Origin: the human T2T-CHM13v2.0 reference genome, Homo sapiens
Assembly: GCF_009914755.1 (NCBI RefSeq)
Contig: NC_060937.1
DNA length: 64,000 bases
Direction: 5' to 3' (one strand)
Part shown: positions 1-14,300 of the stretch, piece after piece
Layout: each line of letters starts with the position of its first letter
Position numbering within the stretch: position 1 is the stretch's first letter
Made by a program: the position numbers and the translations under genes
Notes under the pieces: model-generated
Database searches by the model: none
Told to the model about the DNA's origin: nothing
What the model saw: only the letters and a program-made list of their open reading frames with translations

Positions 1-3000
1 ACATAAAATATCAAAGTACACCAGATATATATTCTATAGTGTACATAAAATATCAAAGTACCCAAACTATACATTATATACTGTACATAAAATATGAAAT
101 TACATCAAATATATTTTATATTAGGTACATAAAATATGAAAGTACATCAAATATAGATTATATACTGTACATTAAATAACAAAGTTCCCCAAATATATAT
201 TTTATACTGTGCATGAAATATCAAAGTTCACAAACTATATATTATATACTGTACATATAATATCAAAGTACCCAAGGTATATATTCTATACTGTACAAAA
301 AATAACAAAGTACCAAAAGCATGTATAATATACTGTACATAAAATATGAAAGTACATCAAATATATATTTTATTCTGTACATAAAATATCAAAGTACACC
401 AGATATATATTCTATAGTGTACATAAAATATCAAAGTACCCAAACTATACATTATATACTGTAAATAAAATATGAAATTACATCAAATATATTTTATATT
501 AGGTACATAAAATATGAAAGTACATCAAATATATATTTTATTCTGTACATAAAATATCAAAGTACACCAGATATATATTCTATAGTGTACATAAAATATC
601 AAAGTACCCAAACTATACATTATATACTGTACATAAAATATGAAATTACATCAAATATATTTTATATTAGGTACATAAAATATGAAAGTACATCAAATAT
701 AGATTATATACAGTACATTAAATACCAAAGTACCCCAAATATATATTTTATACTGTACATGAAATATCAAAGTTCACAAACTATATATTATATACTGTAC
801 ATATAATATCAAAGTACCCAAGGTATATATTCTATACTGTACAAAAAATATCAAAGTACCCAAAGCATGCATTATATAGTATATATAAAATATGAAAATA
901 CATTAAATATATATTTTATTCTGTACATAAAATATCAAACTACACCAGATATATATTCTATAGTGTACATAAAATAACAAAGTACACAATCTATAAATTA
1001 TATACTGTACGTAAAATATGAAATTACATCAAATATATATTAGGTACATAAAATATGAAAGTACATCAAATATAGATTATATACTGTACATATAATATCA
1101 ATGTACCCCAAATATATATTTTAAACTCTACATGAAATATCAAAGTTCACAAACCATATATTATATACTGTACATAAAATATCAAAGTACCCAAGGTATA
1201 TATTCTATACTGTACAAAAAATATCAAAGTACCCAAAGCATGTATTATATACTGTACATAAAATATGAAAGTACATCAAATATATATTTTATTCTGTACA
1301 TAAAATATCAAAGTACACCAGATATATATTCTATAGTGTACATAAAATATCAAAATACCCAAACTATACATTATATACTGTACATAAAATATGAGATTAC
1401 ATCAAATATATATTATATTAGGTACATAAAATATGAAAGCACATAAAATATAGATTATATACTGTACATTAAATACCAAAGTACCCCAAATATATATTTT
1501 ATACTGTACATCAAATATAAAAGTTCACAAACCATATATTACATACTGTACATAAAATATCAAAGTACCCAAGGTATATATTCTATACTGTACAAAAAAT
1601 ATCAAAGTACCCAAAGCATGTATTATATACTGTACATAAAATATGAAAGTACATCAAATATATATTTTATTCTGTACATAAAATATCAAAGTACACCAGA
1701 TATATATTCTATAGTGTACATAAAATATCAAAGTACCCAAACTATACATTATATACTGTACATAAAATATGAGATTACATCAAATATATATTATATTAGC
1801 TACATAAAATATGAAAGTACATCAGATATAGATTATATACTGTACATAAAATATCAAAGTGCCCCAAATATATATTATATACTCTACATGAAATATCAAA
1901 GTTCACAAACTATATATTATATACTGTACATAAAATATCAAAGTACCCAAGGTATATATTCTATACTGTACAAAAAATATCAAAGTACCCAAAGCATGTA
2001 TTATATACTGTATACAAAATATGAAAATACATTAAATATATATTTTATTCTGTACATAAAATATCAAAGTACACCAGATATGTATTCTATAGTGTACATA
2101 AAATAACAAAGTACACAAACTATAAATTATATACTGTACGTAAAATATGAAATTACATCAAATATATATTAGGTACATAAAATATGAAAGTACATCAAAT
2201 ATAGATTATATACTGTACATATAATATCAATGTACCCCAAATATATATTTTATACTGTACATGAAATATCAAAGTTCACAAACCATACATTATATACTGT
2301 ACATAAAATATCAAAGTACCCAAGGTATATATTCTATACTGTACGAAAAATATCAAAGTACCCAAAGCATGTATTATATACTGTACCTAAAATATGAAAG
2401 TACATCAAATATATATATTATTCTGTACAGAAAATATCAAAGTACACCAGATATATATTCTATAGTGTACATAAAATATCAAAGTACCCAAACTATACAT
2501 TATATACTGTACATAAAATATGAAATTACATCAAATATATTTTATATTAGGTACATAAAATTTGAAAGTACATCAAATATAGATTATATACTGTACATTA
2601 AATACCAAAGTTCCCCAAATATATATTTTATACTGTGCATGAAATATCAAAGTTCACAAACTATATATTATATACTGTACATATAATATCAAAGTACCCA
2701 AGGTATATATTCTATACTGTACAAAAAATAACAAAGTACCAAAAGCATGTATAATATACTGTACATAAAATATGAAAGTACATCAAATATATATTTTATT
2801 CTGTACATAAAATATCAAAGTACACCAGATATATATTCTATAGTGTACATAAAATATCAAAGTACCCAAACTATACATTATATCCTGTAAATAAAATATG
2901 AAATTACATCAAATATATTTTATATTAGGTACATAAAATATGAAAGTACATCAAATATATATTTTATTCTGTACATAAAATATCAAAGTACACCAGATAT

Positions 3001-6000
3001 ATATTCTATAGTGTACATAAAATATCAAAGTACCCAAACTATACATTATATACTGTACATAAAATATGAAATTACATCAAATATATATTATATTAGGTAC
3101 ATAAAATATGAAAGTACATCAAATATAGATTATATACTGTACATTAAATACCAAAGTACCCCAAATATATATTTTATACTGTACAGGAAATATCAAAGTT
3201 CACAAACTATATATTATATACTGTACATATAATATCAAAGAACCCAAGGTATATATTCTATACTGTACAAAAAATAACAAAGTACCAAAAGCATGTATTA
3301 TATACTGTACCTAAAATATGAAAGTACATCAAATATATATTTTATTCTGTACATAAAATATCAAAGTACACCAGATATATATTCTATAGTGTACATAAAA
3401 TATCAAAGTACCCAAACTATACATTATATACTGTACATAAAATATGAAATTACATCAAATATATATTATATTAGGTACATAAAATATGAAAGTACATGAA
3501 ATATAGATTATATACTGTACATAAAATATCAAGGTACCCCAAATATATATTATATACTCTACATGAAATATCAAAGTTCACAAACTATATATTATATACT
3601 GTACATAAAATATCAAAGTACCCAAGGTATATATTCTATACTGTACAAAAAATAACAAAGTACCAAAAGCATGTATAATATACTGTACATAAAATATGAA
3701 AGTACATCAAATATATATTTTATTCTGTACATAAAATATCAAAGTACACCAGATATATATTCTATAGTGTACATAAAATATCAAAGTACCCAAACTATAC
3801 ATTATATACTGTACGTAAAATATGAAATTACATCAAATATATTTTATATTAGGTACATAAAATATGAAAGTACATCAAATATATATTTTATTCTGTACAT
3901 AAAATATCAAAGTACACCAGATATATATTCTATAGTGTACATAAAATATCAAAGTACCCAAACTATACATTATATACTGTACATAAAATATGAAATTACA
4001 TCAAATATATTTTATATTAGGTACATAAAATATGAAAGTACATCAAATATAGATTATATACTGTACATAAAATATCAAGGTACCCCAAATATATATTATA
4101 TACTCTACATGAAATATCAAAGTTCACAAACTATATATTATATACTGTACATAAAATATCAAAGTACCCAAGGTATATATTCTATACTGTACAAAAAATA
4201 ACAAAGTACCAAAAGCATGTATAATATACTGTACATAAAATATGAAAGTACATCAAATATATATTTTATTCTGTACATAAAATATCAAAGTACACCAGAT
4301 ATATATTCTATAGTGTACATAAAATATCAAAGTACCCAAACTATACATTATATACTGTACGTAAAATATGAAATTACATCAAATATATTTTATATTAGGT
4401 ACATAAAATATGAAAGTACATCAAGTATATATTTTATTCTGTACATAAAATATCAAAGTACACCAGATATATATTCTATAGTGTACATAAAATATCAAAG
4501 TACCCAAACTATACATTATATACTGTACATAAAATATGAAATTACATCAAATATATTTTATATTAGGTACATAAAATATGAAAGTACATCAAATATAGAT
4601 TATATACTGTACATTAAATACCAAAGTACCCCAAATATATATTTTATACTGTACATGAAATATCAAAGTTCACAAACTATATATTATATACTGTACATAT
4701 AATATCAAAGAACCCAAGGTATATATTCTATACTGTACAAAAAATAACAAAGTACCAAAAGCATGTATTATATACTGTACCTAAAATATGAAAGTACATC
4801 AAATATATATTTTATTCTGTACATAAAATATCAAAGTACACCAGATATATATTCTATAGTGTACATAAAATATCAAAGTACCCAAACTATACATTATATA
4901 CTGTACACAAAATATGAAATTACATCAAATATATATTATATTAGGTACATAAAATATGAAAGTACATGAAATATAGATTATATACTGTACATAAAATATC
5001 AAGGTACCCCAAATATATATTATATACTCTACATGAAATATCAAAGTTCACAAACTATATATTATATACTGTACATAAAATATCAAAGTACCCAAGGTAT
5101 ATATTCTATACTGTACAAAAAATAACAAAGTACCAAAAGCATGTATAATATACTGTACATAAAATATGAAAGTACATCAAATATATATTTTATTCTGTAC
5201 ATAAAATATCAAAGTACACCAGATATATATTCTATAGTGTACATAAAATATCAAAGTACCCAAACTATACATTATATACTGTAAATAAAATATGAAATTA
5301 CATCAAATATATTTTATATTAGGTACATAAAATATGAAAGTACATCAAATATATATTTTATTCTGTACATAAAATATCAAAGTACACCAGATATATATTC
5401 TATAGTGTACATAAAATATCAAAGTACCCAAACTATACATTATATACTGTACATAAAATATGAAATTACATCAAATATATTTTATATTAGGTACATAAAA
5501 TATGAAAGTACATCAAATATAGATTATATACAGTACATTAAATACCAAAGTACCCCAAATATATATTTTATACTGTACATGAAATATCAAAGTTCACAAA
5601 CTATATATTATATACTGTACATATAATATCAAAGTACCCAAGGTATATATTCTATACTGTACAAAAAATATCAAAGTACCCAAAGCATGCATTATATACT
5701 GTATATAAAATATGAAAATACATTAAATATATATTTTATTCTGTACATAAAATATCAAAGTACACCAGATATATATTCTATAGTGTACATAAAATAACAA
5801 AGTACACAAACTATAAATTATATACTGTACATAAAATATGAAATTACATCAAATATATATTAGGTACATAAAATATGAAAGTACATCAAATATAGATTAT
5901 ATACTGTACATATAATATCAATGTAACCCAAATATATATTTTATACTCTACATGAAATATCAAAGTTCACAAACCATATATTATATACTGTACATAAAAT

Positions 6001-9000
6001 ATCAAAGTAATCAAGGTATATATTCTATACTGTACAAAAAATATCAAAGTACCCAAAGCATGTATTATATACTGTACATAAAATATGAAAGTACATCAAA
6101 TATATATTTTATTCTGTACATAAAATATCAAAGTACATCAGATATATATTCTATAGTGTACATAAAATATCAAAATACCCAAACTATACATTATATACTG
6201 TACATAAAATATGAAATTACATCAAATATATATTATATTACGTACATAAAATATGAAAGCACATCAAATATAGATTATATACTGTACATTAAGTACCAAA
6301 GTACCCCAAATATATATTTTATACTGTACATCAAATATAAAAGTTCACAAACTATATATTATATACTGTACATAAAATATCAAAGTACCCAAGGTATATA
6401 TTCTATACTGTACAAAAAATATCAAAGTACCCAAAGCATGTATTATATACTGTACATAAAATATGAAAGTACATCAAATATATATTTTATTCTGTACATA
6501 AAATATCAAAGTACACCAGATATATATTCTATAGTGTACATAAAATATCAAAGTACCCAAACTATACATTATATACTGTACATAAAATATGAGATTACAT
6601 CAAATATATATTATATTAGCTACATAAAATATGAAAGTACATCAGATATAGATTATATACTGTACATAAAATATCAAAGTACCCCAAATATATATTATAT
6701 ACTCTACATGAAATATCAAAGTTCACAAACTATATATTATATACTGTACATAAAATATCAAAGTACCGAAGGTATATATTCTATACTGTACAAAAAATAT
6801 CAAAGTACCCAAAGCATGTATTATATACTGTATACAAAATATGAAAATACATTAAATATATATTTTATTCTGTACATAAAATATCAAAGTACACCAGATA
6901 TGTATTCTATAGTGTACATAAAATAACAAAGTACACAAACTATAAATTATATACTGTACGTAAAATATGAAATTACATCAAATATATATTAGGTACATAA
7001 AATATGAAAGTACATCAAATATAGATTATATACTGTACACATAATATCAATGTACCCCAAATATATATTTTATACTGTACATGAAATATCAAAGTTCACA
7101 AACCATACATTATATACTGTACATAAAATATCAAAGTACCCAAGGTATATATTCTATACTGTACGAAAAATATCAAAGTACCCAAAGCATGTATTATATA
7201 CTGTACCTAAAATATGAAAGTACATCAAATATATATTTTATTCTGTACATAAAATATCAAAGTACACCAGATATATATTCTATAGTGTACATAAAATATC
7301 AAAGTACCCAAACTATACATTATATACTGTACATAAAATATGAAATTACATCAAATATATTTTATATTAGGTACATAAAATATGAAAGTACATCAAATAT
7401 AGATTATATACTGTACATTAAATACCAAAGTTCCCCAAATATATATTTTATACTGTACATGAAATATCAAAGTTCACAAACTATATATTATATACTGTAC
7501 ATATAATATCAAAGAACCCAAGGTATATATTCTATACTGTACAAAAAATAACAAAGTACCAAAAGCAGGTGTAATATACTGTACATAAAATATGAAAGTA
7601 CATCAAATATATATTTTATTCTGTACATAAAATATCAAAGTACACCAGATATATATTCTATAGTGCACATAAAATATCAAAGTACCCAAACTATACATTA
7701 TATACTCTAAATAAAATATGAAATTACATCAAATATATTTTATATTAGGTACATAAAATATGAAAGTACATCAAATATATATTTTATTCTGTACATAAAA
7801 TATCAAAGTACACCAGATATATATTCTATAGTGTACATAAAATATCAAAGTACCCAAACTATACATTATATACTGTACATAAAATATGAAATTATATCAA
7901 ATATATTTTATATTAGGTACATAAAATATGAAAGTACATCAAATATAGATTATATAATGTACATTATATACCAAAGTACCCCAAATATATATTTTATACT
8001 GTACATGAAATATCAAAGTTCACAAACTATATATTATATACTGTACATATAATATCAAAGAATCCAAGGTATATATTCTATACTGTACAAAAAATAACAA
8101 AGTACCAAAAGCATGTATTATATACTGTACCTAAAATATGAAAGTACATCAAATATATATTTTATTCTGTACATAAAATATCAAAGTACACCAGATATAT
8201 ATTCTATAGTGTACATAAAATATCAAAGTACCCAAACTATACATTATATACTGTACATAAAATATGAAATTACATCAAATATATTTTATATTAGGTACAT
8301 AAAATATGAAAGTACATGAAATATAGATTATATACTGTACATAAAATATCAAGGTACCCCAAATATATATTATATACTCTACATGAAATATCAAAGTTCA
8401 CAAACTATATATTATATACTGTACATAAAATATCAAAGTACCCAAGGTATATATTCTATACTGTACAAAAAATAACAAAGTACCAAAAGCATGTATAATA
8501 TACTGTACATAAAATATGAAAGTACATCAAATATATATTTTATTCTGTACATAAAATATCAAAGTACACCAGATATATATTCTATAGTGTACATAAAATA
8601 TCAAAATACCCAAACTATACATTATATACTGTACATAAAATATGAAATTACATCAAATATATATTATATTAGGTACATAAAATATGAAAGTACATGAAAT
8701 ATAGATTATATACTGTACATAAAATATCAAGGTACCCCAAATATATATTATATACTCTACATGAAATATCAAAGTTCACAAACTATATATTATATACTGT
8801 ACATAAAATATCAAAGTACCCAAGGTATATATTCTATACTGTACAAAAAATAACAAAGTACCAAAAGCATGTATAATATACTGTACATAAAATATGAAAG
8901 TACATCAAATATATATTTTATTCTGTACATAAAATATCAAAGTACACCAGATATATATTCTATAGTGTACATAAAATATCAAAGTACCCAAACTATACAT

Positions 9001-9930
9001 TATATACTGTAAATAAAATATGAAATTACATCAAATATATATTATATTAGGTACATAAAATATGAAAGTACATCAAATATATATTTTATTCTGTACATAA
9101 AATATCAAAGTACACCAGATATATATTCTATAGTGTACATAAAATATCAAAGTACCCAAACTATACATTATATACTGTACATAAAATATGAAATTACATC
9201 AAATATATTTTATATTAGGTACATAAAATATGAAAATACATCAAATATAGATTATATACAGTACATTAAATACCAAAGTACCCCAAATATATATTTTATA
9301 CTGTACATGAAATACCAAAGTTCACAAACTATATATTATATACTGTACATATAATATCAAAGTACCCAAGGTATATATTCTATACTGTACAAAAAATATC
9401 AAAGTACCCAAAGCATGCATTATATACTGTATATAAAATATGAAAATACATTAAATATATATTTTATTCTGTACATAAAATATCAAAGTACACCAGATAT
9501 ATATTCTATAGTGTACATAAAATAACAAAGTACACAAACTATAAATTATATACTGTACGTAAAATATGAAATTACATCAAATATATATTAGGTACATAAA
9601 ATATGAAAGTACATCAAATATAGATTATATACTGTACATATAATATCAATGTAACCAAAATATATATTTTATACTCTACATGAAATATCAAAGTTCACAA
9701 ACCATATATTATATACTGTACATAAAATATCAAAGTACCCAAGGTATATATTCTATACTGTACAAAAATATCAAAGTACCCAAAGCATGTATTGTATACT
9801 GTACATAAAATATGAAAGTACATCAAATATATATTTTATTCTGTACATAAAATATCAAAGTACACCAGATATATATTCTATAGTGTACATAAAATATCAA
9901 AATACCCAAACTATACATTATATACTGTAC
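1..9930 (+). repeat. Variant domain A (left part): 3350-bp (80-monomer) super-repeat with internal expansions
   Basis: Markers are ATATTTTATATTAGG in M7, TAACAAAGTACCAAAAGC in M3, ATTAGCTAC, GGTACCCC in M9, and 13-mer HORs. GCATGC sites at 865, 5685 and 9413 are spaced 4820 (=3350+1470) and 3728 (=3350+378). Confidence 0.8.
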
Positions 9931-10968
9931 ATAAAATATGAAATTACATCATATATATATTAGGTACATAAAATATGAAAGTACATCAAATATATATTTT
10001 ATTCTGTACATAAAATATCAAAGTACACCAGATATATATTCTATAGTGTACATAAAATAACAAAGTACACAAACTATAAATTATATACTGTACATAAAAT
10101 ATGAAATTACATCAAATATATATTAGGTACATAAAATATGAAAGTACATCAAATATAGATTATATACTGTACATATAATATAAATGTACCCGAAATATAT
10201 ATTTTATACTCTACATGAAATATCAAAGTTCACAAACCATATATTGTATACTGCACATAAAATATCAAAATACCCAAGGTATATATTCTATACTGTACAA
10301 AAAATATCAAAGTACCCAAAGCAGGTATTATATACTGTACATAAAATATGAAAGTACATCAAATATATATTTTATTCTGTACATAAAATATCAAAGTACA
10401 CCAGATATATATTCTATAGCGTACATAAAATATCAAAGTACACAAACTATACATTATATACTGTACATAAAATATGAAATTACATCAAATATATATTATA
10501 TTAGGTACATAAAAGATGAAAGTACATCAAATATAGATTATATACTGTAAATATAATATCAATGTACCCCAAATATATATTTTATACTCTACATGAAATA
10601 TCAAAGTTCACAAACCATATATTATATACTGTACATAAAATATCAAAGTACCCAAGGTATATATTCTATACTGTACAAAAAATATCAAAGTATCCAAAGC
10701 ATGTATTATATACTGTATATAAAATATGAAAGTACATCAAATATATATTTTATTCTGTATATAAAGTATCAAAGTACACCAGATATATATTCTATAGCGT
10801 ACATAAAATATCAAAGTACACAAACTATACATTATATACTGTACATAAAATATGAAATTACATCAAATATATATTATATTAGGTACATAAAATATGAAAG
10901 TACATCAAATATAGATTATATACTGTAAATATAATATGAATGTACCCCAAATATATATTTTATACTCT

Positions 10969-11346
10969 ACATGAAATATCAAAGTTCACAAACCATATAT
11001 TATATACTGTACATAAAATATCAAAGTACCCAAGGTATATATTCTATACTGTACAAAAAATATCAAAGTACCCAAAGCATGTATTATATACTGTACATAA
11101 AATATGAAAGTACATCAAATATATATTTTATTCTGTACATAAAATATCAAAGTACACCAGATATATATTCTATAGTGTACATAAAATATCAAAGTACCCA
11201 AACTATACATTATATACTGTACATAAAATATGAAATTACATCAAATATATATTATATTAGGTAAATGAAATATGAAAGTACATCAAATATAGATTATATA
11301 CTGTACATAAAATATGAAAGTACCCCAAATATATATTATATACTCT
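10969..11346 (+). repeat. Representative 378-bp 9-mer higher-order repeat unit (M1-M9), the basic unit of the whole array
   Basis: Nine distinguishable monomers recur in fixed order. In the open frame they read M1 MKYQSSQTIYYILY, M2 IKYQSTQGIYSILY, M3 KKYQSTQSMYYILY, M4 IKYESTSNIYFILY, M5 IKYQSTPDIYSIVY, M6 IKYQSTQTIHYILY, M7 IKYEITSNIYYIRY, M8 IKYESTSNIDYILY, M9 IKYQSTPNIYFILY. ORF starts at 10215, 10593 and 10971 are exactly 378 bp apart. Confidence 0.95.
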
Positions 11347-14300
11347 ACATGAAATATCAAAGTTCACAAACTATATATTATATACTGTACATAAAATATC
11401 AAAGTACCCAAGGTATATATTCTATACTGTACAAAAAATATCAAAGTATCCAAAGCATGTATTATATACTGTATATAAAATATGAAAGTACATCAAATAT
11501 ATATTTTATTCTGTACATAAAATATCAAAGTACACCAGATATATATTCTATAGTGTACATAAAATATCAAAGTACCCAAACTATACATTATATACTGTAC
11601 ATAAAATATGAAATTACAGCAAATATATATTATATTAGGTACATAAAATATGAAAGTATATCAAATATAGATTATATACTCTACATTAAATACCAAAGTA
11701 CCCCAAATATATATTTTATACTGTACATGAAATATCAAAGTTCACAAACTATATATTATATACTGTACATAAAATATCAATGTACCCAAGGTATATATTC
11801 TATACTGCACAAAAAATATCAAAGTACCCAAAGCATGTATTATATACTGTATATAAAATAGGAAAGTACATCAAATATATATTTTATTCTGTACATAAAA
11901 TATCAAAGTACACCAGATATATATTCTATAGTGTACATAAAATATCAAAGTACCCAAACTATACATTATATCCTGTACATAAAATATGAAATTACATCAA
12001 ATATATATTATATTAGGTACTTAAAATACGAAAGTACATCAAATATAGATTATATACTGTACATAAAATATGAAAGTACCCCAATATATATTATATACTC
12101 TACATGAAATATCAAAGTTCACAAACTATATATTATGTACTGTACATAAAATATCAAACTACCCAAGGTATATATTCTATACTGTACAAAAAATATCAAA
12201 GTACCCAAAGCATGTATTATATAATGTACATAAAATATGAAAGTACATCAAATATATATTTTATTCTGTACATAAAATATCAAAGAACACCAGATATATA
12301 TTCTATAGTGTACATAAAATATCAAAGTACCCAAACTATACATTATATACTGTACATAAAATATGAAATTACATCATATATATATTAGGTACATAAAATA
12401 TGAAAGTACATCAAATATATATTTTACTCTGTACATAAAATATCAAAGTACACCAGATATATATTCTATAGTGTACATAAAATAACAAAGTACACAAACT
12501 ATAAAATATGTACTGTACATAAAATATGAAATTACATCAAATATATATTAGGTACATAAAATATGAAAGTACATCAAATATAGATTATATACTGTACATA
12601 TAATATCAATGTACCCGAAATATATATTTTATACTCTACATGAAATATCAAAGTTCACAAACCATATATTGTATACTGCACATAAAATATCAAAATACAC
12701 AAGGTATATATTCTATACTGTACAAAAAATATCAAAGTACCCAAAGCAGGTATTATATACTGTATATAAAATATGAAAGTACATCAAATATATATTTTAT
12801 TCTGTACATAAAATATCAAAGTACACCAGATATATATTCTATAGTGTACATAAAATATCAAGGTACCCAAACTATATATTATATACTGTACATAAAATAT
12901 GAAATTACAGCAAATATATATTATATTAGGTACATAAAATATGAAAGTACATCAAATATAGATTATATACTGTACATTAAATACCAAAGTACCCCAAATA
13001 TATATTTTATACTGTACATGAAATATCAAAGTTCACAAACTATATATTATATACTGTACATAAAATATCAATGTACCCAAGGTATATATTCTATACTGCA
13101 CAAAAAATATCAAAGTACCCAAAGCATGTATTATATACTGTATATAAAATATGAAAGTACATCAAATATATATTTTATTCTGTACATAAAATATCAAAGT
13201 ACACCAGATATATATTCTATAGTGTACATAAAATATCAAAGTACCCAAACTATACATTATATACTGTACATAAATATGAAATTACATCAAATATATATTA
13301 TGTTAGGTACATAAAATATGAAAGTACATGAAGTATAGATTATATACTGTAGATAAAATATCAAAGTACCCCAAATTTATATTATATACTATACATGAAA
13401 TATCAAAGTTCACAAACTATATATTATATACTGTACATAAAATATCAAAGTACCCAAGGTATATATTCTATAGTGTACAAAAAATATCAAAGTACCCAAA
13501 GCATGTATTATATACCGTACATAAAATATAAAATTACATCAAATATATATTTTATTCTGTACATAAAATATCAAAGTACACCAGATATATATACTATAGT
13601 GTACATAAAATACCAAAGTACCCAAACTATACATTATACACTGTACATAAAATATGAAATTACATCAAATATATATTAGGTACATAAAATATGAAAGTAC
13701 ATCAAATATAGATTATATACTGTAAATATAATATCAATGTACCCCAAATATATATTTTATACTCTACATGAAATATCAAAGTTCACAAACCATATATTAT
13801 ATACTGTACATAAAATATCAAAGTACCCAAGGTATATATTCTATACTGAACAAAAAATATCAAAGTACCCAAAGCATGTATTATATACTGTACATAAAAT
13901 ATGAAAGTACATCAAATATATATTTTATTCTGTACATAAAATATCAAAGTACACCAGATATATATTCTATAGTGTACATAAAATATCAAAGTACCCAAAC
14001 TATACATTATATACTGTACATAAAATATGAAATTACATCAAATATATATTAGGTACATAAAATATGAAAGAACATCAAACATAGATTATATACTGTACAA
14101 AAAATATCAAAGTACCCCAAATATATATTATATACTCTACATGAAATATCAAATTTCACAAACTATATATTATATACTGTACATAAAATATCAAAGTACC
14201 CAAGGTATATATTCTATACTGTACAAAAAATATCAAAGTACCCAAAGCATGTATTATATACTGTATATAAAATATGAAAGTACATCAAATATATATTTTA

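Noticed and set aside
9761-9770. Singleton 1-bp deletions in A runs (also ~39285)
   Set aside because: Each occurs once in a homopolymer and could be a sequencing or consensus error. I used them only for offset bookkeeping.
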